A stretch of 64,000 nt of DNA from positions 68,448,001 through 68,512,000 of the forward strand of contig CM097886.1 of NCBI GenBank assembly GCA_044892525.1. The letters are read 5' to 3'. A program made the translations under genes and the position numbers. Below, piece by piece: positions 1 to 13,000 of the stretch. Position 1 is the first letter of the stretch, and each line of letters starts with the position of its first letter. Below the pieces are notes generated by a model, which was given only the letters and a program-made list of their open reading frames with translations, was not told the DNA's origin and ran no database searches. This DNA comes from Schmidtea polychroa (taxonomy: Eukaryota).

Positions 1-755
1 GAAAGATCACCTTCAAAAATTTTGTATTCATGGAGTCCATGAAATTAATATAAATTTTTATAGCCAAGTTATAAGTGACATACAAGACAATTTTGCTAAT
101 AGATTTCAAGATTTCAAAAAATTTCAACCATTAATTAACTTTATTAAATATCCAGACAAGTTTGATATGGAAACTGCTAAAATTGATCAATTAGACTGGT
201 TACAGTTGGAGAATTTAGAAATGCAGTTGGCAGAGTTTCAATCAAGTTCTATTTGGAAGCTGAAATTTATAGAGTTAAGGCAAGAAATAGAAAATAATGA
301 AAAAAAAAGATTAAATGAAGAAGAATACGAAAACATGAATAATATGTTGTTGAAGACATGGTGTTCGCTCCCAGAAACATTTAATGCGATGAAGAAATTG
401 TCTTTAGCTATTCTAACAATATTTTCATCAACGTATAGCTGTGAAAGTCTATTTTCGATTATGAATAATATAAAATCTGATGTACGAAACAGACTTACCG
501 ATGAATGTGGGGAGGCTTGTATTTCATTAAAATTGTCAAACTATGATCCGGATATTGATGCATTATCGAGAAATATTCAGCAACAAAAATCCCATTAAAA
601 AACATGTCAGCATATTATAGAAATGAATCTATATATAATTTTTAAAAGCATGTATTTTCATTTAATAAAAATAATTTGTATTGGCACGCATGTATTTTCA
701 TTTTATAAAAATAATATTTATTGGCACGCAGTCAAAAAAAGGTTCGCCATCCCTG
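1..755 (+). mobile_element. 3' part of a Buster/SPIN-type hAT transposon (GTF2IRD2-like transposase C-terminus, ORF 167-598)
   Basis: ORF ends with the hAT dimerization motif FSSTYSCESLFSIMNNIKSDVRNRL...QQQKSH*. Terminal sequence ggttcgccatccctg (741-755) is a CAGGG-type TIR, followed by atctagac (756-763), which fits the Buster NNNTANNN target site. Left end lies outside the window. Confidence 0.85.
648..727. repeat. Two tandem 40-bp subterminal repeats of the hAT element
   Basis: gcatgtattttcatttaataaaaataatttgtattggcac followed by gcatgtattttcattttataaaaataatatttattggcac. Confidence 0.85.
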
Positions 756-1029
756 ATCTAGACTTACTTCATATTTATGATTTTTTTCCTTATAAAGCTC
801 CAAACTCAGCTCAAATATTTTAAAGCATTGCTCCCACTGCACTTCATCAAGTATCTGTTCAGCAGCGGTATAATCCCATTTTCAGTGCCAGTTGACCCTC
901 TAGCGCAAGAATCGAATTAAAAAAGCAGATGTTTTCCCCATAAACAACAAAATTGAAAAGTAAGAGGGCGTTTAAGTTAAAATTTATGAAAGAGCACGAT
1001 ATGCTATGATCTCTGGAAATGAAAAGAGA

Positions 1030-4000
1030 TTAGAAACACCAAATTAAATGAATGTTTGTTTGAAACTTTACTATTTGAATTATTTTTATACAACTTTGGA
1101 CACAGACAATTTCAATTAAAATTTGATACAAAATACAATCAGTCGTCGACTTGCTATCGGTCTGTCACAATCCATTGCGATTCTAAGTCAACGACTGCAT
1201 GTACGTCATACTATGTGGTTCATTCGAAGACAACGCACGTAAATAAACAAATACAATATTCTTACCATACACCCATCATATTCAATAGTCACATTGAAAA
1301 TTGGTCTTCCAAATTCATCTTTATATATTCTTTTATCCATATAACCTTCATTGGGTCCTAAACGTTCTCCTTTTGAAAGATCAATTGACTTGAAATCATG
1401 TGTCATTAGAACAGTCGCATATTTGAACTTGTTTTCTTCACCAAGCTCAGAATCGCCATATATCACACTTTGATCGCACAGGAATTCTATTTCTTGATAA
1501 GATTTAGAATTTTGATTCCTCAAAAAATTCATTTGAGTATGATCAACATACATTGAATGAAGCTAAATATAAAATATATTGTGTCATTTACATGAAAATG
1601 ATCCACAAATAAAAACCAGTGTCAAATGGGGTCTCTTTCAAAAATTAATTGGACAGAAACGTATATTTTCGAAACAACTTTTAAATACACTATTAAATGA
1701 AAATGGTAATTTTTTCATTTAAACGAAAGAACACCATTTTTTAAATATATATTTTCCCAATATATTTAAGCAGTTTGTCTGTAATCTGAGGCACTAAACA
1801 ACTTCTATAAAAATGATTATACTTATCGGTTTATGTGTAATTGCATAATTATATGCAAGGAATCCAATAAAATAATAAAAAAACAATAACTTTTAAATAA
1901 TAATTTATAACATTAAAACGTAATAATTAAAAAAGATTTATAATTTATTTTTTATTTCAAACCCTCGGAAACTAAGATGTAGGAACATAAAACTAATTCG
2001 TACAATATATTTATTGAAAGCGACACCAAATATCTGCTCCAGCAGTCAAGACTTCCATGAAAGCTTTGGTATCTGATCTGGGGATTGTACCAAGATTGTT
2101 GATGAGTTCAGCTTTGGTCATGTCGACTCCAGTATCGTACAATGTCAAAGTATTGAAATTTTTATCTCAAATAACTTTATTCATTAACTCCTTTTAGCTA
2201 TCCAAGACTGATGGGTTTGTCAAACTCTTGTAACGAAATTTATCAACAGCATCACTAGCGTTGGAAATCAATCCTCTAAGGAAGATTTCTTTGTTTGAAT
2301 AGAAGGTGTGGTTGATCAAGTCTTATCAACTGAGAGATTTCAGCTTGGAAATTAAAGGTTTCAGCTTCTCGAATGTTTGACATTATTTAATAGATTTTAA
2401 TAAGAATTAACGGAGGAGATGTTCGAAAGAAGCATGAATCTTATTTTTTTTAATATCTAAACAATCTGTTTTAATTTAATTAATTTAGTAATGTATTTTA
2501 AATTTAATAATTAAATTGATATATTTATTAATTTGCAAATCAGGGGCACTACATAAAGTTTGAAGAATTTTTACAAAGATCTTTTAATGACTTTATGTGA
2601 AGAAAATATTTTTGTTCATAAACCGATCCATGTCTATGTCAATTTAATTTCTTTTTATTAATTTGTAAATTTGCCACTCAACTAATTTGCTAATTGCACC
2701 TAATAATGCATTAAATATCTTGAACTTTTCAAATTTCTGACGAAATAGAAATTCACTAATATAGTCTTCCAAATGTTCTTCCCTTGATCCAAATTGATTC
2801 CTTAATTTTTTCTTCGCATGACATCCTGCTCAAGAATAAGTGACCAAAAGTATATAAACTTCACAAGCTTCTTTAATGGCAGTTTGGTGTCATGAGAAAG
2901 ATCGACTCCCAATACTTTTTGTTTTCCGGTTTCCATCTGACAGTCGGATATTTTTGTGCTCTGAAAAAAAAATCTTAAGATTCGGATGAAAAATTCTCTT
3001 CCATAATCTTTTCCATTGTTTTTTCGTTGGACACAAAAGTTGTGTTTTTGGTACGGATTATTGTTTTCTTAATCAATAAAATAAATTTTAGAATTGTATG
3101 TTTTTTTAGAATTGTATATACTAGGACATAACCCAAAGCTTTTACAGGTACTTCCGTGTTATCTTACCCCCAAAAATTAAATTAAAAAAGAACACATATA
3201 ATTATTATATTTATTTTCTAAATCACAGTTACAAACTCAGTAAAAGTTTGTAAAGAGTTTGTAAATGGTCATCCAGGTGGCTAGAAAACCACAATGTCGT
3301 TGAGAATATTGTCGAACACATCGGCACTGTTGCTTAGAACACGTTTGCGCTACATAAACTCACATAATCACATAAATCACAGATAGCCTTAATAAATTCA
3401 TGTTCAATAATGTTCAATAACGTCATCAATAACGTATTCTCTCATTTTTTATATTGTTATTTTAATTGTATTTTATAATTTAATTTTTGGGGGTAAGATA
3501 ACACGGAAGTACCCTTTTACACAGCAACATTTATTGATTAAAATTTAAAAATTTCAATAGAATGTATTTGTTTTATTAAATTATCGATACAATAGCTGTA
3601 ATTCCGATTGTGATCATACTTTCTATTAAAGAATGTATAAAAATATTTTTGCTTATGACATAGTTTGAACCAGTAACTTTGATTAGAAGATTATGATTTT
3701 CAATTAAAAGAACTAATTAATAAAGTTTATTTAATAAATTCTTTCACTTTTCAAATCAGTCACGCTTCGTTCAACTGCTTATTTAAACAATATTCTTCTT
3801 GAAACAATTACAAAGATATCTACAAGATTTGGAATGGAAAACATATCCATAGAGAAAACTAGGAGGAATATTTTCGCAGAACATAGTTCAACGTTATCTA
3901 TTCAAATGCTCAATTATTTAAATTAAAAAGATCATGCTGAAAGAAAAAAGGTTTTCTTTTTTTCGATTTTCTTTCGAATCAGAATTTGTGAAATTTGAAA

Positions 4001-7000
4001 ATATTTCAGCTGTTTAAATAATTATGAAAAATTTGTGATTGTCTTTTATTAGACTATATTTTTGAAAAATGCTTCCTTTTTAATTAAATAAATTTTAGAT
4101 AATTGTTTGTGGAATAAGAAATAATGAATAAAAATAACTTACATCAGGAGCTCGAGAAAGTGCCCCTTCTAATCGAAGTGAATTTTGCCAGTTAGTTTCA
4201 CCCTTCATTGGTTTTTTATAGTTGTATAATCCACCCTAAATAATATATTATATTATTAATAGTCAATTTAAAATTTCGTTTTAATAAATAACTGATAATC
4301 TAGATTCTAGATAAAATGATTATCAACCGATTTAGGCAAAGGGTCGAATTCAAAAATATTTACTCAATGGTTCCACACTTTAAAGGCTTAGAAATTTTAA
4401 TTGTATTTTCAGTTATAATATAAAGCAAATCATATATTTTTTGGAAATTCAATTTAAAACATTACAAAAAATATACTCGATGGGCCAAAGGTTGCTCATC
4501 ACTCTTTTCATAGATAGAATAAATAATGTTGGTAAAAAGGTTGCAATTATTAATCTAATTTATTAATTTTTAATTAATATTTATTTTTAAAAGTTTAAAA
4601 AAATAACAAACTTATTGCGACACTTAATTTTTCGATCCCTAAATTACTGTTTCTGGTTTTAATACATCATTTCAAAATTCAATTAACTTTAAGCATTAAA
4701 ATGTATATACTGCTCGATGCATGGTCACATACTTATTAGTAGTGTCCAATCGGAATCAAGGGACGATTATTGCCAAATACATCCTAACAAGATGAAAATT
4801 ATCACACAATTTTGAATTAATTTTACGTTGGTGTATTTTCTTTACATCCACAAAATGAATCATCTGAGTGTGAAGTGAAAATTGTGTGCTTATAGCAAAT
4901 TCAATTTGGAAATGAAGTCTATCAAAACAGTTTAATCGACTTCTTTCTCTACAATGACTTTTGAGTTTCGATTCTTTTTAAATCGCAAAAGTAACCATTT
5001 TTGAATTTTTAAAGAATTTTCAAATTCATCGTTAAAATAATTTTCTCTAATACAATTTCAACGATCTAATTTTTATCAATACTAATTTTTGTCAATACTA
5101 ATTTAAAATCCTATTTCCACCTAATTTTTGTCTATTCGATTGATGTAAATGTAATTATTGTACGCTCTTTTTGTGATTTCAACATTTGCTTTGACAGTAT
5201 CTTTTATCTTGTCCTTTCCTTTTTTATATATTGTTCATTTATAAAATTTATTAACGAATTACCTTTGGAAGCAACGCAGGCCCGTACCGTCGGGGGGCCC
5301 AGGAGGGCCCGGCCCCCCCCCCAAACGCAAGTCTGGCCCCCCAAATAAAAAACGGACATGAATAAAAAATTACATTCAATATGCAGTCTTCTGCTTTTGC
5401 TGTAGAAAATTTTCATTGCCCGGCTCTGCTGGCGAAAGTGCTTTCAGAACAGGAGGATTCCGAAATTGGAAATCGGCTTTAGAAAAAGGAAAAGGTTTTC
5501 AAAAGCATGAATCTTCTGTTGGCCACATCCATGCCATGGAACGCTGGAAAGAGAAACAGCTGAGATGTGAAAAAGGTGAGGAAGTTTGCACTTTGATTAA
5601 TGAAACACAGCTGAAGAACAACCGTTATTATGTCAACGAAATCGTTGACGTTGTAAAGTTTCTTGTGACAAATGAATTAGCCTTTCGTGGTGACAGTTTC
5701 AGTAGAGATGATATTGATGAGGATGATAAGCTTCCGTGTGGTCTATTTTTACGTTTCTTCGAATACACTGTTAAGAAAAATCCTGAGCTGGCTCGAATCA
5801 TTAAAACGATTCCCAAAATTGCCACGTACACATCACCTCGAATTCAAAATGAAATTATCGCGTTAATGGCATCAATAGTGCAAGAGTCAATTGTTAAGAA
5901 GTGCAAGTCTGCGGATGTTGAATATTTTACTCTGAAGGTGGATAGTACCAAAGATCGAACAGGGACTGAGAATGTGTCGATTGCCATAAGGTTTGTCTCA
6001 GCAAGACAACCTCAGGAGCACTTAATCTGCATTTCCCGAACAATTGCTCTCAATGCAGAGGCCTTCACAGATGTAACTTTGACAACCTTGAAAGAGGCTC
6101 AGTTGGATCCTAAAAATATAATTTCCCAATGCTATGATGGAGCCGCTGTTATGTCTGGACAGCATGGTGGGGTGCAGGCCTTGCTTCAGGAGCGTCTACA
6201 AAAAGAAATTCCGTATGTCCATTGCTTCAACCACAAGTTGCATTTGGTTGTTGTGTGTGCCGTTTCTGAGTGCCAAAAACTGCGGGACTTCTTCGACATA
6301 TGCAGAAACTTATACACATTTTTGTCATATCCTAAGGTTGCGGCCATATATCAAGGCGATAAATTGACACGGCTCATGGAAAATCGTTGGACAGGACACT
6401 TGCAGACGACTCAGACAATAACAACTAATTATGATACAATTGTGAATTTGCTTGAGATGTGTTCTAGTAGACATTCTCACTTTTCAATTGATATTCAATT
6501 GGAAGCTACTGGACTCTTGCATCGAGTCAATGAAGTGGAGTTTCAGTTCATTGCACACATGGTGCTCTCATTGCTGACTATCCTTGAAACAGCCAACAAT
6601 AGCTTGCAGGGTCAAGCAATGGACCTTTCTTCAGTGCAAAGTGTGAGTAGTGACTAGTCTGTTTTCATAAAATACTTAGTTTACACGAGAATTACTGGCC
6701 CCCCAAACGCAAGTCTGGCCCCGCCGTCAAAAGGTGTCACGGTACGGGGCTGAAGCAACGCGTAAATTTTCAACTCACTGTCAATCTTATCTTTAACAGG
6801 TTTCAATATAACTTTTTTATTTATATTTTTATTTTTTATTTATTCAATATTTGTACAAATTAATTAATATTGACTTTTATTTTTCTTAATTAATTAATTA
6901 ATTTTCATGTTGCTCTTATCCATTTTCTCAACTTATTTTTCTTTCTCCTATTTTACAAATATCAATAACAATATTTTTACTCCAATTATTTTGATTATTA

Positions 7001-10000
7001 ATAATTATTTTTATTTTAACCTTTTTGACTTTGTAAACATCGTTATGGTAGTAACTGTTACATAAAAACTATATAAACCTTATATAATTACATTTTCAAT
7101 CTCAATAATTTAAGGAGGTTTACATAAAATTGGGATTAACTATAAAACTCAAAGTAGGGATTAAAACAAGGTTATAGGAACTTTTTACCAGCAATTAAAC
7201 TAATGATAGAAATTAAAAAACTCCCATTGGAAGACCCGAACTTAGCTTTATTTTAATTGGTTTATTATAAAAATGAATAATTTTTAAATTTGACAAATGA
7301 ATAATTTCTTATTAAACTCACTTGTTGTTTTACAGATGATATACAAGTTTTCACTTCTTCACTGAATACACATTCAACTTCAATGGAATCTTTTCCCGAT
7401 CCTTCGTTTGGATCAATATAATACTGACCATCAGTAGAGTGTTTTCTTTGAAGTTTAATATCTGCACAGGTCCGTGCAGCAGAATCCTTATTAAGACCAG
7501 TAGGAAATCGGATTCTTTTGATTTTATTTGTTATTTTATCAACCTTTTCAAACAATGCATCGTTAATATCCACAAAAGATTGCGCTGAAGTGAAATTAAA
7601 TAAATTTACACAATAAAGAGCATAAACCTCTTGTTGATCTTTTATATCTTCCAGAAGATCCTTCTGGCGGGTTTCTGATTTTCACCTGACCCGGTGGACC
7701 TGGTTTACCTTGTCCCCCTCGGTCTCCCAAATCTCCAGGCAAACCTCTATCTCCTAAACAAGCAAATATATAATCATTAAGTCCGTTTAATCAGGCATGA
7801 AACGGGTCAAAACTGAAAACTTTATGCTTGGTAAGTGTAAAAAATAAATTAATATTACACGTTTAAGCTTTTATTTAATTATTATTTGATATTTATTAAG
7901 AAATAAAGAAATATTGTTGAAGAAATTGATTATCCCCTTAAGATTATTTATTACTGAAAAATAATTCCTATAAAAATGAAGAAAATCTACATAAGAAAAC
8001 AGTATCAAATAACTTGATGTGACGACGAAATTTAACTAATTAAAGTGGGACATAAGAAAAGCCTCAACGAGCTCCAGTAAAACTAAAGGCTGAACAAGCC
8101 AAATCACCAAATGTGGAATCGCAACATAATTTTTACACTTATATATAAATTTGATGACTTAACATTCGCAGTTGGTGTTGTTTTTATTTTTGTTTTAATT
8201 TTAGAAATTTAAATTCAATTCAAATAGTAAAGATTTTGTTTAATCTGATGATTTTTGGCATGCGCACTAGGTTGTGATAACTGCGCGGAACTTTCAAAAC
8301 GGCTGCATCGTTGCACGCGTTCGCAGTTGAGAGGCAAAGTTGGTCATCACAATAAAATAAATATCCAAATCACTTGATATAATTTTGTAATTAAAAGGCT
8401 TGAGATTCGCATATACCATAGAGTCCATATTGAAATTAATATTAGAATTAAATTAAATTAAAGAGCATTATAATAATTTGAAATCAGTAAAACCTTATAT
8501 TTTTGATTTTCAAGAAAACTAAATTTAAAATGAAATTATTTTTTCTTTATTTTATTATTTAAAATAAATTTATTCAATGAAATAATAATTAATTAAAAAA
8601 CCTGGTGGTCCTGGAGGTCCATAAGGTCCCAATGGTCCAGCTGGTCCACTTTCTCCATCTTCACCTACGGGGCCAACTGGACCCATCAAACCAGTTTCTC
8701 CTTTGGGGCCTGGATTTCCTCTTTTCCCTTGAGGTCCTGTTAAACCTGGTCCACCAGGTTCCCCTTTGCTACCGACAGCTCCAATTGTTCCTGGAGAACC
8801 TTTTATACCTTTTAAAAATCGTTCTCCTTTTTGACCTGGTTCTCCTACTTTACCCTGAATCAATAATATTTAAAATTATTTTTAAATAATAAACAAACAT
8901 CTAAGCCCCTAGATCCTTTTGGGCCAGGATTTCCAATAGGTCCCATTGGACCCTAAATTGAATTTAAAATTTAATTTCAATTATTATTAATTTACAATTG
9001 GGCCTGGTTGTCCTCTCGGACCATCAGGTCCAACAATCCCTATAGGTCCATTTGGCCCCCTTTGCCCCATATTACCAGCTATTCCAGGAGGTCCTCTATC
9101 ACCTCGTTCTCCTGCCTCTCCTTGTGTACCACTTCCACCTGCTGGGCCTTGAAGACCAGCTTTTCCAGGTAATCCAGGTGATCCTACTGGTCCATCATCT
9201 CCTGTTTGTCCTGAGCCACCCGGTGGTCCAGGGGCTCCATCTTTTCCAGCTGGACCCGAAGTTCCAACGGGACCAGGTAATCCAAGTGGACCAAGCTCTC
9301 CTTTCCTTCCCGGTGGACCCTATAAAACATAAGTAATTTATATTACATATAATAAAACAAACTTGAATGCCTAGATCTCCTTCAACACCCTGAGGACCAG
9401 AATTTCCTGTCGAACCTTGTCTTCCTGGTTTTCCTCTTCCCCCTTTAAGACCCTTTGAGCCAATTGGTCCAAGCGGTCCATCTAAACCTTGTTCACCTCT
9501 AGGACCAAGTATTCCTGCATCTCCTTTGGTTCCTTTTACTCCTGGTTGACCTTCTGCTCCAGAAGCTCCAGTTTTACCTGGTGGTCCAGCTTCTCCAATT
9601 CTACCTGGAGCTCCAGTTGGTCCAATAAGACCAATGTCTCCTTTTACTCCTTTTTCACCGCGTGGTCCCGGTTGTCCAGGAATACCCTTCAAGATGTTAT
9701 ATTCGAGAAAAATAATTTACATACATACCTGAACGCCAACTGGACCAGATGGACCTTGGGAACCTTGTTTTCCTTGTTCACCCTTTTCTCCATTAATACC
9801 ACCATCTCCTGGATTTCCTGGTTCTCCTGATACTCCCTGAGGTCCTCTTGATCCCATTAATCCTGTTTTGCCTTCACTTCCTTTTATTCCCTTAAATAAT
9901 TAAACGAAATTGTAAAATTTCGAAAGAAATAAATTGGAAAATTAAAAAACCTAATGTTGATGATTTCAATTTTTTTATTTTGTTAATGAAAATATTGTTT

Positions 10001-13000
10001 CTTTCAAAATTCTTTAAAATTGTAAAAATCTTCTATAACAAAATTTTTAAAGAAATTCCAAACTCAAGAATTAAACAAATTATAAAAGACTTTCAATTAT
10101 CTGGATTCTCATTAGCAAATGTAGTATTAGTTAAGTATTAGAAAATAAAACTGGTAAAATTGTGAATACTCAGATTTCTGAAATTCCAAAAAACTTTGGT
10201 TAGTGACAAAGAAAATAAAAAAAAATTCTTGTAAAGATTATCCAAATTTTTTATTTTTTCTAACTCCTCGAATAAACAAGAATCGACTGTAAGGTTAAAT
10301 TAAATAATTTCACATATATTGGAAATATTACAATGTAATTTTAACACTTTCGGGGACAGTTCTTTTCATTAAAAATTTCAATACTTTTTGTGTTTTCATT
10401 AAAAATTAATAGCAATCACAAATTTTACCGGTGTATCAGCCGAGATGTCAGATAATATTAAGTTTTCTGTACTTATTTCTTTAAGATTATGGATTTATGG
10501 AGACAGAATCTATTATTATTTTAATATAAAATTTTTCCGTAAAAAACTCTGCAAATCAAAAAACTAATTTGACAATATATATATTAGAAGAAATAAGACT
10601 TACAACTTCTCCTCGAGTTCCCTTTAGACCAGTTTTACCTAGAGGACCAACATCTCCTTTTTCACCGTCAGGTCCAATTGGACCTACTGAACCCTTTCTT
10701 CCTAATAAGCCACGAACACCTTTCTCTCCTATTGGGCCCTGTGGTCCAGGATTTCCTACCACGCCTTTCCCGCCCTTATCACCTGGACTTCCTGCAACTC
10801 CAATAGGTCCATTTGGTCCAGCGGGACCCGAAGGACCCTGAGATCCAGGATCTCCACGCTCACCTTTATCACCTGTTGGTCCTTGAGGACCTAATTTGCC
10901 TCTATCGCCTTTAGAACCGAGCTCTCCAGTGGGTCCTGATTGTCCTCTAGCTCCTCTTAATCCTTGTGGTCCTGGGTTTCCAGGTTGACCTCTTGGACCA
11001 AGATCACCCTTTGGTCCCTATATATTTAAATAAATAAAAATGTTACTCATTTAAATTTTCTGATAAAGTTAAATAATAAACTATGTCTTTAATCTAGAGC
11101 TTTTTATGATTATGATTCTTTATGATTCTTTACTATTATAAATTTTTATATAAAAGTTTCACTTACTATTAAACCTTCTTTACCATCAATTCCAGGTTTT
11201 CCTGGTAAACCAGATGGACCTCGAGTTCCTGGTGGCCCACGCTCTCCCATTGAACCTTGTTCACCTGGTTGGCCTGGTGGACCCTGCATGCCAACTGGAC
11301 CATTTTCACCTGGAGCTCCTGATTCACCAGTTTCACCTCTTTCTCCAGGATAGCCAGGTGGACCCGGGCGACCAGATGTTCCCTATTTTTAATAAAAATA
11401 ATACCAAAATCGTATAAAAATACCGGTGGTCCCGCTACTCCAATGAACCCAATTGTACCTCTTGGACCTACTGGTCCAACAGGTCCTGGCATTCCTGTAG
11501 GCCCTCCCGGTCCTTGCTCACCTTTTGAACCTAATGTGCCAGATGGCCCTGGTCCACCTCTTGGACCAGGAGAACCTAAAGGACCAACAGGTCCATTGCC
11601 ACCAGGTGTTCCAGAAATACCAGGATCACCTTTTTCACCATCTCTACCCTGATTACCTATAGGTCCTCTACTTCCTTTTATACCAAGATTTCCTGCATAA
11701 CCTGGTGGACCTACTGATCCTTCATCTCCCTAAAGAAATTAAATATTTTAATTCAAAATTAAAATTTACTTTATTTCCATCTTTTCCTCTAGGACCAGTT
11801 TCACCTTGTATTCCAATATCACCTTTAACTCCTGCAATTCCCTCGGGGCCTCGTGGACCTTGAATACCATTTTCACCTTTTACACCTTTCATTCCTACTT
11901 CTCCACGTGTTCCAACCTGCCCAGAAGGACCATGATCTCCTTTAGCCCCAGAGCTCCCCCTAATTCCTCTAGCTCCTTTATATCCCGATGGACCAGTAGT
12001 TCCCATTTCTCCAGGAGGACCTGACGGACCACCATCACCTTTTTCTCCCATATCACCCTGAAATCAAATTTTAAAATAAAGGCTTTTTGATTCTTAATAA
12101 AAATCATTAAAATGTAAACTTATTAAAGATATTTCAATTAAGAACTCTGAATTAATTCATTCTTAGATAAAAATGATCAACAAGTAGTTTCAAATATCTA
12201 ATTATATAAATTTCGATTTGGAGTGAATCTATTTGAGATCTAAAATCATTCAATTAATAAACACTATAGAAATGGCTTACCTATTTATTTTAATTATGTA
12301 CTTATTTATATCAGTGCTGTCTATTAGTTATTAGTTCAAGTAATTAAGAAAATTTAAAGAAAAAAATTTACTAACATAATTATTAATGAGAAAACTGCGT
12401 ATTTTTATGGGCAGCTACAAGGGCTTCGATATTAATATCAATTTGGATTGAAGAAACTCTTAAAATTTCTTCTAATGTTTTGTCGGCCATTGAAATTCTA
12501 TATTTAGATTTGATATATTTCGTGTCGGAAAAAGCTCGTTCACAAATATATCTACTACCAAACATAGAAAATAATTTTAAACACAAATCGCGCAATTTTG
12601 GATATTTTTCTTTTCGAAACATTTTGAATAAATTTAAGCCAGTCTTCGGCCTTGATTTAAAAAATTCGAATGCTTGCAATTCACATATTTCAATTTGATA
12701 CATAATATCGGTTTTTTCAAAGTCGACGGTGAACCGATTTGGTCAATATTGAGTTTAATTTTTCGCTTTTGTGTGCGATTTTTTTCGGAAATTGGATTTT
12801 TCTATATGTGCGCACAAAGGCTCGAACAAGGTATTATGAATTTTTGAGTGGTTTAATTTTCGATGATTATGAATTTTGGATTTATTTAGATTTTTGGACA
12901 TTTGTTTTGATTTGGAAGTTGTTTTAAAGAGGGGAATTTTTAAAAATTGTATTTTTTATTGTTATTGGTAAATAAAAGTTTGTGACGTTTATGATTTATA

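Noticed and set aside
1056-1361. Plus-strand 101-aa ORF with LYNFGHRQF resembling the collagen C-terminal DFG..Q.F motif
   Set aside because: Wrong strand, no inversion breakpoints seen, and it overlaps the antisense of a real exon. Likely coincidence.
8605-11652. Several plus-strand ORFs over the collagen helix
   Set aside because: Antisense shadows of GGN-rich Gly-X-Y exons.
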